Shown in pieces: positions 9,704 to 20,136 of a stretch of 64,000 nt of DNA. The translations under genes were made by a program, and so were the position numbers. The notes beneath the pieces are model-generated. The model was not told the origin of the DNA. It searched no databases and worked only from the letters and a program-made list of their open reading frames with translations. Numbering within the stretch: the first letter of the stretch is position 1; each line of letters starts with the position of its first letter. Source of the DNA: a virus (lineage: Duplodnaviria; Caudoviricetes); the IMG/VR virus record IMGVR_UViG_2910903598_000004, positions 32,001-96,000 of that record, one strand, 5' to 3'.

Positions 9704-12151
9704 CTATCGTTTTGATGGGTTTGTCTTGAACATTTTAACAACGCTGTCATACATAGCTTTTCCATACTTGTCTGTATTAGTTTTCATAGATGCAGCTTCG
9801 GATTTGTTGGAGATAAATCCAAACTCTGTCAAAGTAGATGCAGTTTTTGTATGACGTAATACAGCTAATCCAGTACGATCTACCAGTCCTCTGTTCGTAA
9901 ATCCTGTTGCTGCCTTTGTAAAGTTATGTACATTAGCTGCCCACTTATAGGATGTAACTCCATTGGATGCTTTATATCCTTGAGAATTGTATAACGTCTC
10001 TGAACCTTTTGCTGTTGCTCCTGCAGAGTTGATGTGGCAACTAAGGAAGTAATCAGCTCCAACGTTGTTTGCCAGATCACTTCGATCTGTCAAAGATGGA
10101 TAAGTATCAGTGGTTCTTGTGTAATACACTGCATAATTCTTATCCTTATCAAATTGTTTCTTTGCTGCTAAAACAATGCTTAATGTAAGGTCCTTTTCTC
10201 TTAATCTATTTCCTGTTGCTCCAGAATCAGAACCACCATGTCCGGCATCTAAAACTAAGATATTTTTATACATTGTTTTTGGTGTTCCCCATTTGATGTA
10301 AGCATATCCATTGTCAAAAGAAACAGCATATCCACGATAAGAACTAGAGGCTTTTACATAGACATATGTTCTTTTTTTCGTAGAATTATATTTGACTGTA
10401 AATCCTGACATACTACTTTTTGCGTAGCGGTTTGAAGCATTATTAAAATGGCTTACATAATTGCCTGCACAAGACATGAATAATTGACGGCTAGTATACT
10501 TATCTTCAAGATAATAGCTTGTCACTCCGCTAGGTAACTTGATTCTTAAATCATAATTACTCTTAGAAGCTTTTACACGAGCGTTTGGTAATGTTCCCGT
10601 AACTGTATATTTTGTCGTTGTTGGCTTTGTCGCGGTAGTTGTAGTCGTTGGTTTGGCAGTTGTCGTTGTGGGTTTGGCTGTTGTAGTCGTTGTTTCAGGT
10701 TCTTTCACAAAAGCTGGTCTGTCATAGGTAAATGTATTAGAACATCCATCATATACAGATTTCATATTTTTCATATGTTCTGCAATTTCTTCTGCATAAG
10801 AAGGATTTGTTGAATATTGATGCCAGATATTATCCTTTTTCGGATTATATCTCATTTTGAATAGTGTATTCTGCTGATAAACGGTATTATGAATATAATT
10901 ATCAGCAACATACTGTGCAGCTCCATTTAATGCTTTGTCAACACTTGTCCATCCCATATAATACGCATAGGAAGAACCACAAAGCTGCGGATCACTGTCA
11001 TATGCCTTGATTCCATACAGATTATATACTGTTGTTTCCGGAATTGTTTTTGTAATATATTTTCCATTAACTTTCTGGAATCCTGTTACATTTCCATTGG
11101 CATCTTTTTTTACACTATCGCCTGTAATGACCTTCGTAATAGCTTTCTTACTTAATGCACTTGTTCCGTATGCAGATTCATTAATCGTCTGGGATACTAA
11201 GTACACTGGATCAATCTTTTCTTTTTTAGCAGCTGCAATGATTGCACTTGCTTTTCCTTTTAACACGCTGTTATTTTTATTTTGTAATAACTCATCCAGT
11301 TTTTTCGCAAATGCAGATTCATTTACATTATGATAAACATCAATTTTCATATACTGTTCATCATTTACTGTTGATGTAATTTTTTTCTGATATGCATTTT
11401 CATCAAACGTTTGATTGTTATACTTAGGAACAGCTTTGCTCTGTTCTTTCGCATACGCAGATGCTGTCATATCATAGGATGTTGTTACTTTTTTGTTTAC
11501 AACTTCCGGCTTAGTTTCTGTTGGTTTTGCCGTTGTTGTTGTGGGTTTCACTGCCGTTGTTGTAGGCTTCGTTGTAGCTGTAGTTGCATTATTAGAACCA
11601 CCTGACTGACTGGCCGCACTCATGCAGCCTGCACGTTTCGTAGCATTCCATTTATAGCTAATGCCTAAATTTTTGGCTGTCCATGATCCCGGCACCATAA
11701 TGTAATTAGTTTTGTTGCCGTAGTTATATACTTTTCGTGGAGCTGTAGACATTGTTGTTTTTTTGCCATTGATATAAGCAGTCTTACTATCGACTGTCAT
11801 TTTAATGGTTGTATTATATCTGCTTAATGTAAAAGTATCTCCACTGTTTTTATATAATACTTTGGGACCCTCCGCCTGTCCAAAAATCCAGTAGGCAGAA
11901 TACATTGCATTGGAATCCTCATCAATGTATCCAGGCATTTTTGTACCTAGAATCTTATCATTCCATCTTGCATCCACTGCACTCTTTTTATAAGTCTTAT
12001 TGTTATGCAGATACTTGACTTGTACTGTATCTCCAGCTTTGAAGGAATTTGCAGCATAAACCATGTTGACCCCTCCTCCAAATCCTGTTCCTAATGCAGT
12101 TACCAGACTCATTGCCATTGCCATGAATCGTTTACATGTTCCTTTTTTCAT
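9704..12151 (-). CDS. Secreted dual-domain peptidoglycan hydrolase (stalk/copper-amine-oxidase-N-like domain, GH73-like glucosaminidase, Amidase_3)
   Basis: Signal peptide; INESAYG, YNLYGI.AYD, NTL.KMRYNP..HQYST; LDAGHGG.D.GA..EK, SCHINS, TEFGFISN; Thr-rich linkers. Confidence 0.88.
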   Translation of the reverse strand: MKKGTCKRFMAMAMSLVTALGTGFGGGVNMVYAANSFKAGDTVQVKYLHNNKTYKKSAVDARWNDKILGTKMPGYIDEDSNAMYSAYWIFGQAEGPKVLYKNSGDTFTLSRYNTTIKMTVDSKTAYINGKKTTMSTAPRKVYNYGNKTNYIMVPGSWTAKNLGISYKWNATKRAGCMSAASQSGGSNNATTATTKPTTTAVKPTTTTAKPTETKPEVVNKKVTTSYDMTASAYAKEQSKAVPKYNNQTFDENAYQKKITSTVNDEQYMKIDVYHNVNESAFAKKLDELLQNKNNSVLKGKASAIIAAAKKEKIDPVYLVSQTINESAYGTSALSKKAITKVITGDSVKKDANGNVTGFQKVNGKYITKTIPETTVYNLYGIKAYDSDPQLCGSSYAYYMGWTSVDKALNGAAQYVADNYIHNTVYQQNTLFKMRYNPKKDNIWHQYSTNPSYAEEIAEHMKNMKSVYDGCSNTFTYDRPAFVKEPETTTTTAKPTTTTAKPTTTTTATKPTTTKYTVTGTLPNARVKASKSNYDLRIKLPSGVTSYYLEDKYTSRQLFMSCAGNYVSHFNNASNRYAKSSMSGFTVKYNSTKKRTYVYVKASSSYRGYAVSFDNGYAYIKWGTPKTMYKNILVLDAGHGGSDSGATGNRLREKDLTLSIVLAAKKQFDKDKNYAVYYTRTTDTYPSLTDRSDLANNVGADYFLSCHINSAGATAKGSETLYNSQGYKASNGVTSYKWAANVHNFTKAATGFTNRGLVDRTGLAVLRHTKTASTLTEFGFISNKSEAASMKTNTDKYGKAMYDSVVKMFKTNPSKR
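10612..10695 (-). repeat. Degenerate tandem repeat encoding the TTTTAKP linker (second tract ~11517-11590)
   Basis: ETTTTTAKPTTTTAKPTTTTTATKPTTTK in translation. Confidence 0.7.
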
Positions 12152-12171
12152 AACCTATACTTCCTCCTTAT

Positions 12172-12678
12172 TTAAAATACCGCAATAATTTGCTTATTGG
12201 CTTGTCCTGCTTTGGCTTTGTACCGAATTGTTACTTTTGTTCCAGGATTTAAATCTTCTAACTTCTTAATTAAATCCTCTTTTTCAACGATCATCACTTC
12301 ATAACTTCCATCAGACATTTTCATTTCCACACTATTTGTGTCAGAAAATCCGTTATAAGTAACCGTCGCCTTAACTGCAGCTTTTTGTTCGTCTTTTTTA
12401 GTAGCAATTGGTGTTTCTGTTGTTGCTTTGGTTGTTTTTTTCGCTGTGCTTGTTGTTGTGCTTGTCGTCACTTTGGTTGTAGCTTCTGTCGTAGCTGACG
12501 ATGTTATTGTCTGCTGATCTTTATTTTTTGAAATATTTTCCTTTTCCGTGGTTGATGCAACTTCTGTAGTTTTAGTAGTTGCTTTTTGTTTTTTCTTTGC
12601 AGATCCACATCCACTTAACACCGCAAGACTTAATACCGCAATAAAAAGACCAATAACTCGTATTCTTTTTTTACTCAT
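12172..12678 (-). CDS. Thr/Lys-rich lipoprotein
   Basis: Signal peptide with lipobox LSGC. Confidence 0.8.
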   Translation of the reverse strand: MSKKRIRVIGLFIAVLSLAVLSGCGSAKKKQKATTKTTEVASTTEKENISKNKDQQTITSSATTEATTKVTTSTTTSTAKKTTKATTETPIATKKDEQKAAVKATVTYNGFSDTNSVEMKMSDGSYEVMIVEKEDLIKKLEDLNPGTKVTIRYKAKAGQANKQIIAVF

Positions 12679-12728
12679 ATCATTGTCACCTCCTCTCTGA
12701 TCGACTGATTATTAACAGGTATATATAT

Positions 12729-12890
12729 AAATAAAAGCATAAAAAAAACAGACCATTCGTCTGCTTAATCTATGCTTCTATATCAAAAATATTGAATTGT
12801 AATACATAATTTCTCTAAAACTTTATTCCTTAAAAAAGTCCAAACTATCCCTGTTGTTTTGGAATCTAATAAATTAATTACATTATAACA
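12729..12890 (-). promoter_or_regulatory. Repeated promoter/structured leader, copy 3 of 8
   Basis: TGTTATAAT; TTTATTAGATTCCAAAAC..GTTTGGACTTTTT; AAGCATAG..GCAGAC..GTCTG..TTATGCTT. Confidence 0.8.
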
Positions 12891-12992
12891 CATTTTAAGC
12901 TTTCAGAAAACAAAAAAAGAGCTGCACAAAAATGTGCAACTCCCTTTCCATTATTTAAATAATTTTGGCCTTTTATAAGGCGTTTTCCATTC

Positions 12993-13793
12993 TTACATAA
13001 TCGTATCGGACATTACATCCAAAAATTTCTTATAATTTTTATTCCTTGAGCAATCTGGGATCGCAAAGATGATTTTTTCAAAAGTCCAAAATTCTTCAAT
13101 CAAAAGTCTTTTGAAAATCTGTGCAACTTCTGTTGCATCCTGACCAAAAACTCCCGCTCCGTAAGCACCCAAAATAAGCGTGTCTACTTTTTCTTTTTCT
13201 GCAATATGTAAGACAAAACGAATTCTTGACTCTAATGCATTATAGTTTTCTTCATCTGATACATGACAATATTTCTGTGCTGCCGATTTGTTTGGTGCAG
13301 CACATGTAATTACATCACAAAGTGTCCCTACACTATCATTTGTAAATACAACATCAGGAGAATACAATGCTCGATTTTCATATAATGCACGATTCTTGTG
13401 CTTATCATTCCAAGCGTAATAGTCTTTGAATTCAGATAATACATTGTATAAAAACGATGCATGGCATAAACTTTCTTCCTGAGCACTGCTACCTTGTAAA
13501 AACATTCCGCCGGCATTTTTATAGCTGGCAAAGTTAAGAATTGCCGTCCTTTTTTCTTTCCTTTTGTAACGAAATATTGCAGACACCGTATCCAGATCAA
13601 CAACGGAAACTTCTCTTGTCAATACTGGATTTAATTCATCAAATGTATTTGTATCATCATATAATTTTGTATTTCGAACACATTGTTCAATATGATCTGA
13701 AAAAACATAAGCCATATTTTTTGTATGGAGATAAGCTCTTTCTTTTCTTTCGTCTCTATTTTCCCAATAATGGGCATTACGATTATGATTCAT
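12993..13793 (-). CDS. TIGR02452-family macrodomain (microbial PARG-like ADP-ribosylglycohydrolase)
   Basis: LNFAS...GG.FL.G..AQEESLC; YSPDV; VITCAAPN; LILGAYG.GVFG. Confidence 0.9.
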   Translation of the reverse strand: MNHNRNAHYWENRDERKERAYLHTKNMAYVFSDHIEQCVRNTKLYDDTNTFDELNPVLTREVSVVDLDTVSAIFRYKRKEKRTAILNFASYKNAGGMFLQGSSAQEESLCHASFLYNVLSEFKDYYAWNDKHKNRALYENRALYSPDVVFTNDSVGTLCDVITCAAPNKSAAQKYCHVSDEENYNALESRIRFVLHIAEKEKVDTLILGAYGAGVFGQDATEVAQIFKRLLIEEFWTFEKIIFAIPDCSRNKNYKKFLDVMSDTIM

Positions 13794-13867
13794 TAGTATT
13801 CTTCCTTTCTTATATAATATAAATTTCTCTGATTTCAACTTCAATACTTTGTTATACATCTCAATGG

Positions 13868-14821
13868 CTAATCATTACCTAAATCATCAAAATGAATTCC
13901 AAATTCATTGTAAAATTTTTCTTCATCATAACAATCAGTGAGATCTTGGATGTTTGGATGCTGCCAATCAACAAAATCAAATAAGGCTTTGGCAATGTTT
14001 TTGTATCCATTGCATTCCTTCAAGAAATCATTTCCTGTATAGCAATTTTTCAAAATATCATTCAAATTTTCCCCTGTCGCTACGACTCCAAGGTTCAATT
14101 TATTAAGATAAATATCAGGAATATAAATAATATTATCGGATACTTCAAATTCTCCTTTATAAATCAAACATTCCTGACCATCAGTAAAATCAAAAATTTC
14201 TTCAAGACATTCTCCCTGTTTTAATCTTGCTGCCAACTCTCTTTTATTAATCATATTTTTTTCTTTCGCTTCATCAGATACGATATTATCTTCTTTTTTG
14301 TCTGCCATATTTAAGACTTGTCTTCCAAATTTTAAAGCCTTTTCAATAAGCTCAAATTCCCTTTCTGCACACAAAGCATTATAATTTCCATAAATGGAAT
14401 CTCTACAAAAGATGATTGTATGGGGAAATATATAATTATTTGCCACATTAAAAAAATGACGATCCATAACATCAGTATTCAAGTAATCACGAAATGTTTT
14501 CAGAATTTCTTTTTCAGATTTCTCATCTTTTGCCTGTAAGATATACAGATCATCATTACTTGATATATCTGTATGTAAGATGCGAGTAAGAAGATAATCA
14601 TTGCTAATAATTTGATCATTATTTTTATGATTCTTAATCATTGGATCACTGGTATAAATTCCATATTTTTTAAAACATAACTTTGCTTTGTCCATTGAAT
14701 CTAAATGTGCTTGATGCATATTTGCATCATAATCATCCGTAAATTTTTTTCCATCCGTTGTAACATATTTTGTTATTGGCATTGTTACTACATCTTCTAT
14801 TTTTTTAATTTTTTTGTTCAT
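13868..14821 (-). CDS. Hypothetical two-domain protein
   Basis: AAGGAG RBS before MNKKIKK; C-terminal IIYIPD...YT.NDF...LF..VDWQHP motif. Confidence 0.75.
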   Translation of the reverse strand: MNKKIKKIEDVVTMPITKYVTTDGKKFTDDYDANMHQAHLDSMDKAKLCFKKYGIYTSDPMIKNHKNNDQIISNDYLLTRILHTDISSNDDLYILQAKDEKSEKEILKTFRDYLNTDVMDRHFFNVANNYIFPHTIIFCRDSIYGNYNALCAEREFELIEKALKFGRQVLNMADKKEDNIVSDEAKEKNMINKRELAARLKQGECLEEIFDFTDGQECLIYKGEFEVSDNIIYIPDIYLNKLNLGVVATGENLNDILKNCYTGNDFLKECNGYKNIAKALFDFVDWQHPNIQDLTDCYDEEKFYNEFGIHFDDLGND

Positions 14822-14922
14822 AATTTTCTCCTTAATTAATATTTTCAATTTTTGTATGATTTTATAGAACAGCGTCCGTAATAAGCTATTTTTTAAGATA
14901 CTCTGCGGGAATTCTCGGCCAT

Positions 14923-15483
14923 TCAATGTAATCTTTCATATTCAGATTGCAATTCTTCTATTTTCTTCTTCAATTTCTGCTTTTGATTCTCTTTTAAATC
15001 TTTAGAATTCTCTATACTTTTTGGAAATTTACTTTTCCATCTAGCATAATCTTCTAAAATTCTTTCTCTCTCTTCTTGCGTATCTACCAATTTACTTTCA
15101 ATTTTTTTACATATATAAGCATCATGCCATTTAGATAAATAATCATACATACGATTTTCAGAATTCGCCACAACTGCATATTTAACATTTCCATCATCAT
15201 CTACAATTTTTTTAATAGTCATTCCATATTTTTCTTCCATTTCAAAGAAAAAAAACATGGTACTTAAATCATCACATGGTGTTGGATCATATAATGTAGC
15301 AGCATTAACATCCAAAGCATTTGCTATCCGAAATATCATGGAGACTTTTGGATTTCTTGCTCCATTTTCATATTTTTGAATTCGATCTGCTGTCAATCCC
15401 AGCTTTTCACCTAACTCAGATTGAGACAGACCATTTAGAATCCTAATATTTCTTATTCTTTTTCCGATTTCCGTTTTGCTCAT
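14923..15483 (-). CDS. XRE-family HTH transcriptional regulator
   Basis: IGKRIR.IR...GLSQ.ELG..LG....IQKYENG.RNP......IA.AL.V. Confidence 0.9.
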   Translation of the reverse strand: MSKTEIGKRIRNIRILNGLSQSELGEKLGLTADRIQKYENGARNPKVSMIFRIANALDVNAATLYDPTPCDDLSTMFFFFEMEEKYGMTIKKIVDDDGNVKYAVVANSENRMYDYLSKWHDAYICKKIESKLVDTQEERERILEDYARWKSKFPKSIENSKDLKENQKQKLKKKIEELQSEYERLH

Positions 15484-15551
15484 TATAAGTAAACAAAAGA
15501 GACTTATCATCTAAGCCTCTTTTGCCCCACTGTAGAGTGAGCCTCCTTTCT
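15484..15551 (-). other. SD-two-hairpin-ATG element A (probable IscB/IS605 right-end remnant)
   Basis: AGAAAGGAGG CTCACT-CTAC-AGTGGG GCAAAAGAGGCTTA-GATGA-TAAGTCTCTTTTGT TTACTTATA ATG. Confidence 0.65.
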
Positions 15552-15563
15552 TATCAAAAATTT

Positions 15564-16376
15564 TCACATAATAACACATAATAAATATGCGATTGGATTT
15601 GTTTCTTTTAATTTTTCCCATGGAATCTTACATGCACGACATTTCGCATTACGAATCTTTTCCATAATTTCCGGAACAGAATCGTAAATAGATGCAATTT
15701 TAGGACAAAGTGCCGACTCACCAATCTTAATACTTCCATCTGGTGCAATAACTGGTGTACAAACCTTGCCATTAGATAAAAGTATATTGACCAAATCCTT
15801 CAATGTTGCTTCTGGTTTCTGCTTTGTAATCAAAATGCAATTGATACATTTAGGTGCAATCGTATTCCAATATTCATCGGAATAATTCTTCAAAGCACGT
15901 CCTTGTGGATACAAACAGTGAGATTTATTGTTTTTATCCGAAGGCACCGTATCAATAATAACTCCTAACTTAGATAACCAATATTTTTCATTATCTGTTA
16001 ATGGATCGGGATAAAATCTCGGATCATCTGTCACCTGGATCATAACATATCGTTTTCCACAGTGTTTCAAGAACTCTGAAACTGCATGATAAATTTTTTT
16101 GTTACGAACAAGTTCACGACCATTTGTTGCAAATGTGATTGGATACTTAATCGGTAATGTCTTCCAATATGATTCGATAAGTGACAGCATCTTCAAAATA
16201 TCTGGATGTTCAAACATTTCTCCACCTGAAAAACTCCACGTTGGAATCTGATTTTTGATCATAAATTTTAATACATCTTCAAATACTTCCAGTGTCATAT
16301 GTTCTCCATCCGGTTTGCAGTCTGATAAACAATGCGTACATCCCATTTTACAAGCATATGTAACTTCTACTAACAT
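15564..16376 (-). CDS. Radical SAM protein
   Basis: CKMGCTHC (CxxxCxxC), SGGE, ATNG; extra C-terminal cysteines. Confidence 0.88.
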   Translation of the reverse strand: MLVEVTYACKMGCTHCLSDCKPDGEHMTLEVFEDVLKFMIKNQIPTWSFSGGEMFEHPDILKMLSLIESYWKTLPIKYPITFATNGRELVRNKKIYHAVSEFLKHCGKRYVMIQVTDDPRFYPDPLTDNEKYWLSKLGVIIDTVPSDKNNKSHCLYPQGRALKNYSDEYWNTIAPKCINCILITKQKPEATLKDLVNILLSNGKVCTPVIAPDGSIKIGESALCPKIASIYDSVPEIMEKIRNAKCRACKIPWEKLKETNPIAYLLCVIM

Positions 16377-16434
16377 GATTTCTTTCTCCTTAATCTTCAA
16401 TTTAGCTTAGAGGCTTTAATCAATCACTAATCTT

Positions 16435-17253
16435 TTAAATTAATGGATCTTCTCCCTCTAACCACTGATGAAATTTTCCATTTTCTTCTTTGTATTTCTT
16501 CTGTTTCTCTTGATACCATCGTTTAGACAACTCGAAAATCAAATCTAAATAGCAGCGTTTGCTAGAAACATATTTTGAAGCAATCTTGCTTAATTCAGGA
16601 ATCACATAAAAATCAGCTTTTTTAAGGCAATCATAAAAAATCAATAATTCCTCATCTGTATAATCTTCAAAAAGATTTTTTTCCGGAGAAATCTTCTGTT
16701 GTTTTTCTTCTGCTGCCAGAAAAATATTCAAAGCATTTGTAATATCCTCTTGCATCTCTATATCGTCAAGAAAAAGAGCTTTTGATCTCGCTTTATTAAG
16801 CATTCCAAGTCCCTCTTTGATCAAAGTCTTAATTTCTTCACGTTCCTTTTCCATCCCATCTTTAGGATTTTCAATTTCAGGACCATAAACATTTTTGAAA
16901 AGTTCTGTATATCTTTGTATCTGATATTTCCAACTAGAACAATCAAATACAATGTAAAAATACTCTCCATAATCTTCTATCGAATCGTCTGTTCGAATTA
17001 ATTGGTTGTTTTGTGCAATTTCCAAAACTTTTTTCAAAATATTTGTTCTGATTCTAAAATATTTCTTTGGACCTAATTCCATTGGAATCTCATATTTTAC
17101 TAATATAATAACCTGATAAATATTGTCATATAGTCCGTTTAGATCAAATTCTACTTTTGTTATTCTACTAAGCCGTAAAAAATCTTTCTCTAGCTTTTGA
17201 CATTTATCAAGTATGTTGAATCTTTCTGCAATTTTTATTTCCTTTTCTTCCAT
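16435..17253 (-). CDS. Hypothetical protein
   Basis: 272 aa ORF, AAAGGAG RBS. Confidence 0.75.
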   Translation of the reverse strand: MEEKEIKIAERFNILDKCQKLEKDFLRLSRITKVEFDLNGLYDNIYQVIILVKYEIPMELGPKKYFRIRTNILKKVLEIAQNNQLIRTDDSIEDYGEYFYIVFDCSSWKYQIQRYTELFKNVYGPEIENPKDGMEKEREEIKTLIKEGLGMLNKARSKALFLDDIEMQEDITNALNIFLAAEEKQQKISPEKNLFEDYTDEELLIFYDCLKKADFYVIPELSKIASKYVSSKRCYLDLIFELSKRWYQEKQKKYKEENGKFHQWLEGEDPLI

Positions 17254-17271
17254 GTGTTTTTCTCCTTTAGT

Positions 17272-17308
17272 AAAAAAGCGGTATGAGATTTATACTCACA
17301 CCGCTTTT
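17272..17308 (-). terminator. Intrinsic terminator abutting the next RBS
   Basis: AAAAGCGGTGTGAG-loop-CTCATACCGCTTTTTT then ACTAAAGGAG. Confidence 0.75.
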
Positions 17309-17336
17309 AGTTATTTCTTAATATTCTTTCAAAATT

Positions 17337-18185
17337 CTAATTTTCTCCTGATTTTATAAGAAAATCAGTATGACAATCTGATTGAGCAATCACTGTACAA
17401 CCATGATTTGATAATATTTTGTTGATACGTTCATTTTCTGCATTTTCAACTTTTTCTTCTAATTCTTCATAATCAATTTCATCTTTATGACCTGGAATCT
17501 CAATATCCAGATCTTCTAAGATTTCATTCATTGCATCATAAATAGAAATATCCGGATTATCAAGCTGTCCTCCATCAATTTCTGAATAATCAGAAGTATA
17601 AAGTGTATAATCGTAACCATCTTCTGATTTCTGAATCATAAAATAGTTATCTCCAATTTTGCAGGCCAATGAATTTTTGCATGATATAGACTTATTCTTT
17701 ACATTTTTAATAGATTCCCATTGTCCTGACGATAAATTAAAATAAAACCGTTGTGAATCAATTTCATAATCATCATTTCTATCATAAAAATGAATGACCA
17801 TAGCACAGGCAGCATATAGATCTCCATTTTTCTCTCTTGGAAGATTATCAATAGAAAAATTAACGCTCCATATACGATCGTCTAATTTTAGAGTTGATAA
17901 CTTTTCTGCAGCCCGTTTCATCAAATAAGAAATATCTTCATTTTCAATCTTTTCAGTCATATGTATGAAATATAGCATATCATCTTCAAAAGTATAATCA
18001 TAATAATATCCATCACGCATATAAACCGTATAAATCTTCAAGTTTGATAAGTTATATTTTATAGCCTGTTCTCTTGCAAGATTTAAAACGTCTCTAGCCA
18101 TTACGGCTCCTTCTGTAATGAATAATTTTGCTCCTTCATCCGTTATTTCAATCTTCCAATTTTTAATAGTGTTCTTATTTTGCAT
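17337..18185 (-). CDS. Two-domain protein: N-domain shared with 25740..26462, LPD16-like C-domain
   Basis: C-terminal YF.IQ...DGYDYTLY...Y.EIDGGQLDNPDISI..A..EIL. Confidence 0.7.
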   Translation of the reverse strand: MQNKNTIKNWKIEITDEGAKLFITEGAVMARDVLNLAREQAIKYNLSNLKIYTVYMRDGYYYDYTFEDDMLYFIHMTEKIENEDISYLMKRAAEKLSTLKLDDRIWSVNFSIDNLPREKNGDLYAACAMVIHFYDRNDDYEIDSQRFYFNLSSGQWESIKNVKNKSISCKNSLACKIGDNYFMIQKSEDGYDYTLYTSDYSEIDGGQLDNPDISIYDAMNEILEDLDIEIPGHKDEIDYEELEEKVENAENERINKILSNHGCTVIAQSDCHTDFLIKSGEN

Positions 18186-18271
18186 TTTGTCCTCTTCCTT
18201 TCTAAAAAAAATCCAGTATATCCGACAATCTGTCTGAATATACTGGATCAATAATGATTCTAAGTTCTTTC

Positions 18272-18715
18272 TTAATTAAATGGGAGTTCATCCTCCAGTC
18301 CATCAGGGATGTTCATAAAACCATCACTTGCTGCCGTACTTGGCTGAGGTGTGCTTGGCTGTGAAGCTCCCCTATTATTGTTCTGGGATGCAGCTGCTTT
18401 GCTCTCTGCAAATTCCTGTTCTTCGATCACAACTTCTGTTGTGTAAACTTTCACACCCTCACGGTTTGTATAACTTCCTGTCTGGATTCTTCCGGAAACA
18501 GCAATCTTTGTACCCTGTTTGAAATACTTCTCTGCAAATTCTGCTGATTTTCCAAACGCTAAACAGTTAATAAAATCTGCACTCTGCTCACCATCTCTTT
18601 TGAATCGTCTGTCTACCGCTAATGTGTATCGTGCGATTGCCATAGGATTTTCTCCCTGTGAGTATCTTACATCTGGATCTCTTGTTAATCTTCCCATTAA
18701 AATTGCTTTATTCAT
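18272..18715 (-). CDS. ssb: Single-stranded DNA-binding protein
   Basis: MNKAILMGRLTRDP...ADFINC.AFG..AE...G..I.VSGRIQT; acidic tail DELPFN. Confidence 0.97.
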   Translation of the reverse strand: MNKAILMGRLTRDPDVRYSQGENPMAIARYTLAVDRRFKRDGEQSADFINCLAFGKSAEFAEKYFKQGTKIAVSGRIQTGSYTNREGVKVYTTEVVIEEQEFAESKAAASQNNNRGASQPSTPQPSTAASDGFMNIPDGLEDELPFN

Positions 18716-18763
18716 TGTTTCTTTCTCCTTTTCTTTATAACTAATTTTTTGACTTCTTTTTAG

Positions 18764-19327
18764 CTAATTTTTACTTAGCTCCTGATAAAACGGTACGCTC
18801 ATAAGTTCCGCACGTAATACATCATACATTTTATGTAAACGTGGGTTTACTAGACTCATCCATTTTTTTCGATCATCTTTTGCCATTGCTTCTCTCACCA
18901 TAGTTGCACTGATTGGTAAATCCTGTCTGTTAACGATTAATTCAGCTGTGTTTGCAAGATCTTTTTTGTCAAACCAACCGCTTCGGCTTTCATCGTTGCC
19001 ATAAATCATCAGCTCGGGATTCTTGTAGATGTATCTGTCTACATTGTTTAACAGATAACGTCCCCATTCAGGACAAATATCATTTTCGTCCGTCATGTCC
19101 GAAAGTGCATAGATCATAATCTCTGGCCGATCTCCATAAATCTCTCTTAGGATTTTGGTCCGTGTATTGATATTGAACGGATTACGTTCAGTTCCAGATT
19201 CCTGTGCAGAGCCGATTAGAATCAGTAATCGATCACACAGTAACAGACCAGTATCAACTAATTTTTCATGACCTTTATGGAAGGTCTGGAATCGTCCACA
19301 CACTAATCCTACGTCATAAGGTTTCAT
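18764..19327 (-). CDS. Nicotinamide-nucleotide adenylyltransferase (NadM/NMNAT-like cytidylyltransferase fold)
   Basis: GRFQ.FHKGH, IGSAQ.S....NPF...R, ISAT.VR. Confidence 0.85.
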   Translation of the reverse strand: MKPYDVGLVCGRFQTFHKGHEKLVDTGLLLCDRLLILIGSAQESGTERNPFNINTRTKILREIYGDRPEIMIYALSDMTDENDICPEWGRYLLNNVDRYIYKNPELMIYGNDESRSGWFDKKDLANTAELIVNRQDLPISATMVREAMAKDDRKKWMSLVNPRLHKMYDVLRAELMSVPFYQELSKN

Positions 19328-19407
19328 TCATAAATAAGCGAAATTTTTATTCCTACATTAATTGTTGAAAATAATTCCGCCCTCGCCATTTGGCGAGCCT
19401 CCTTTCT
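19328..19407 (-). other. SD-two-hairpin-ATG element B
   Basis: AGAAAGGAGG CTCGCC-AAAT-GGCGAG GGCGGAATT...AATTTCGCT TATTTATGA ATG. Confidence 0.65.
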
Positions 19408-19428
19408 AATATTTATAATATTTGTTAA

Positions 19429-19863
19429 CTACTCCACCCATTTTAACTGCTCTAAAAGATCTGTCACTGCTAAAATAGACTTCGTATAATAACTGTATCC
19501 ATCTACTTTACGATAAAGTTCATTTAATTTTCCAAAGCTTTCTTCATAATAAGCCATAGGATCATTATCATCTGCATTTTCTTTTACAATATTGTAAATT
19601 GGTCTGCAAACTTCATCATAGAAATCTCTATTTATATCCTTAACCTCTTTACAATAAAACATCATCATCTGTGTCATATTGCGTTTTAAGAATTCTTTAT
19701 TATACATCGCATTCTTATCAATTTCAGCATACATGATTGTCTGTAAGCGATTCCAGTAATTGATATCATGCTGCTCTGAATCCTTAATGTTTTCCATCGC
19801 AAAATATAACAATCTAAAATTTGTTTGAATGATGATTGTATTAGATTCTGCTGCCTGTGCCAT
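19429..19863 (-). CDS. Hypothetical protein
   Basis: AGAAAGGAG RBS before MAQAAES. Confidence 0.7.
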   Translation of the reverse strand: MAQAAESNTIIIQTNFRLLYFAMENIKDSEQHDINYWNRLQTIMYAEIDKNAMYNKEFLKRNMTQMMMFYCKEVKDINRDFYDEVCRPIYNIVKENADDNDPMAYYEESFGKLNELYRKVDGYSYYTKSILAVTDLLEQLKWVE

Positions 19864-19882
19864 AGTTATATTACTCCTTTCT

Positions 19883-20131
19883 TTATACAAATTTTATCTT
19901 TTGAACATGTGAAAATCGAAAGATTAAGAAATTCACACAATCCTGTGATTCTAAAGTTTCTGTCAAACAATAAAAACCTCTACGCAAATAAAGATCCGGA
20001 TTATTTCTAAATCTTTCAGCTCCAGTTTTTTGTAGGAATCCTGTTAAGATATCTCCATCAAATAACTCGATTTGAACTTTTTCCCCTAAATATTTCTGTT
20101 CGAATTCTGCTTTTCTCATAGCTTCCTCCAT
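19883..20131 (-). CDS. Small hypothetical protein (Sm/LSm-like pattern)
   Basis: YLG.KV.I.LFDG.IL.G.L...FR.SHV.KI. Confidence 0.65.
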   Translation of the reverse strand: MEEAMRKAEFEQKYLGEKVQIELFDGDILTGFLQKTGAERFRNNPDLYLRRGFYCLTETLESQDCVNFLIFRFSHVQKIKFV

Positions 20132-20136
20132 TAAAT

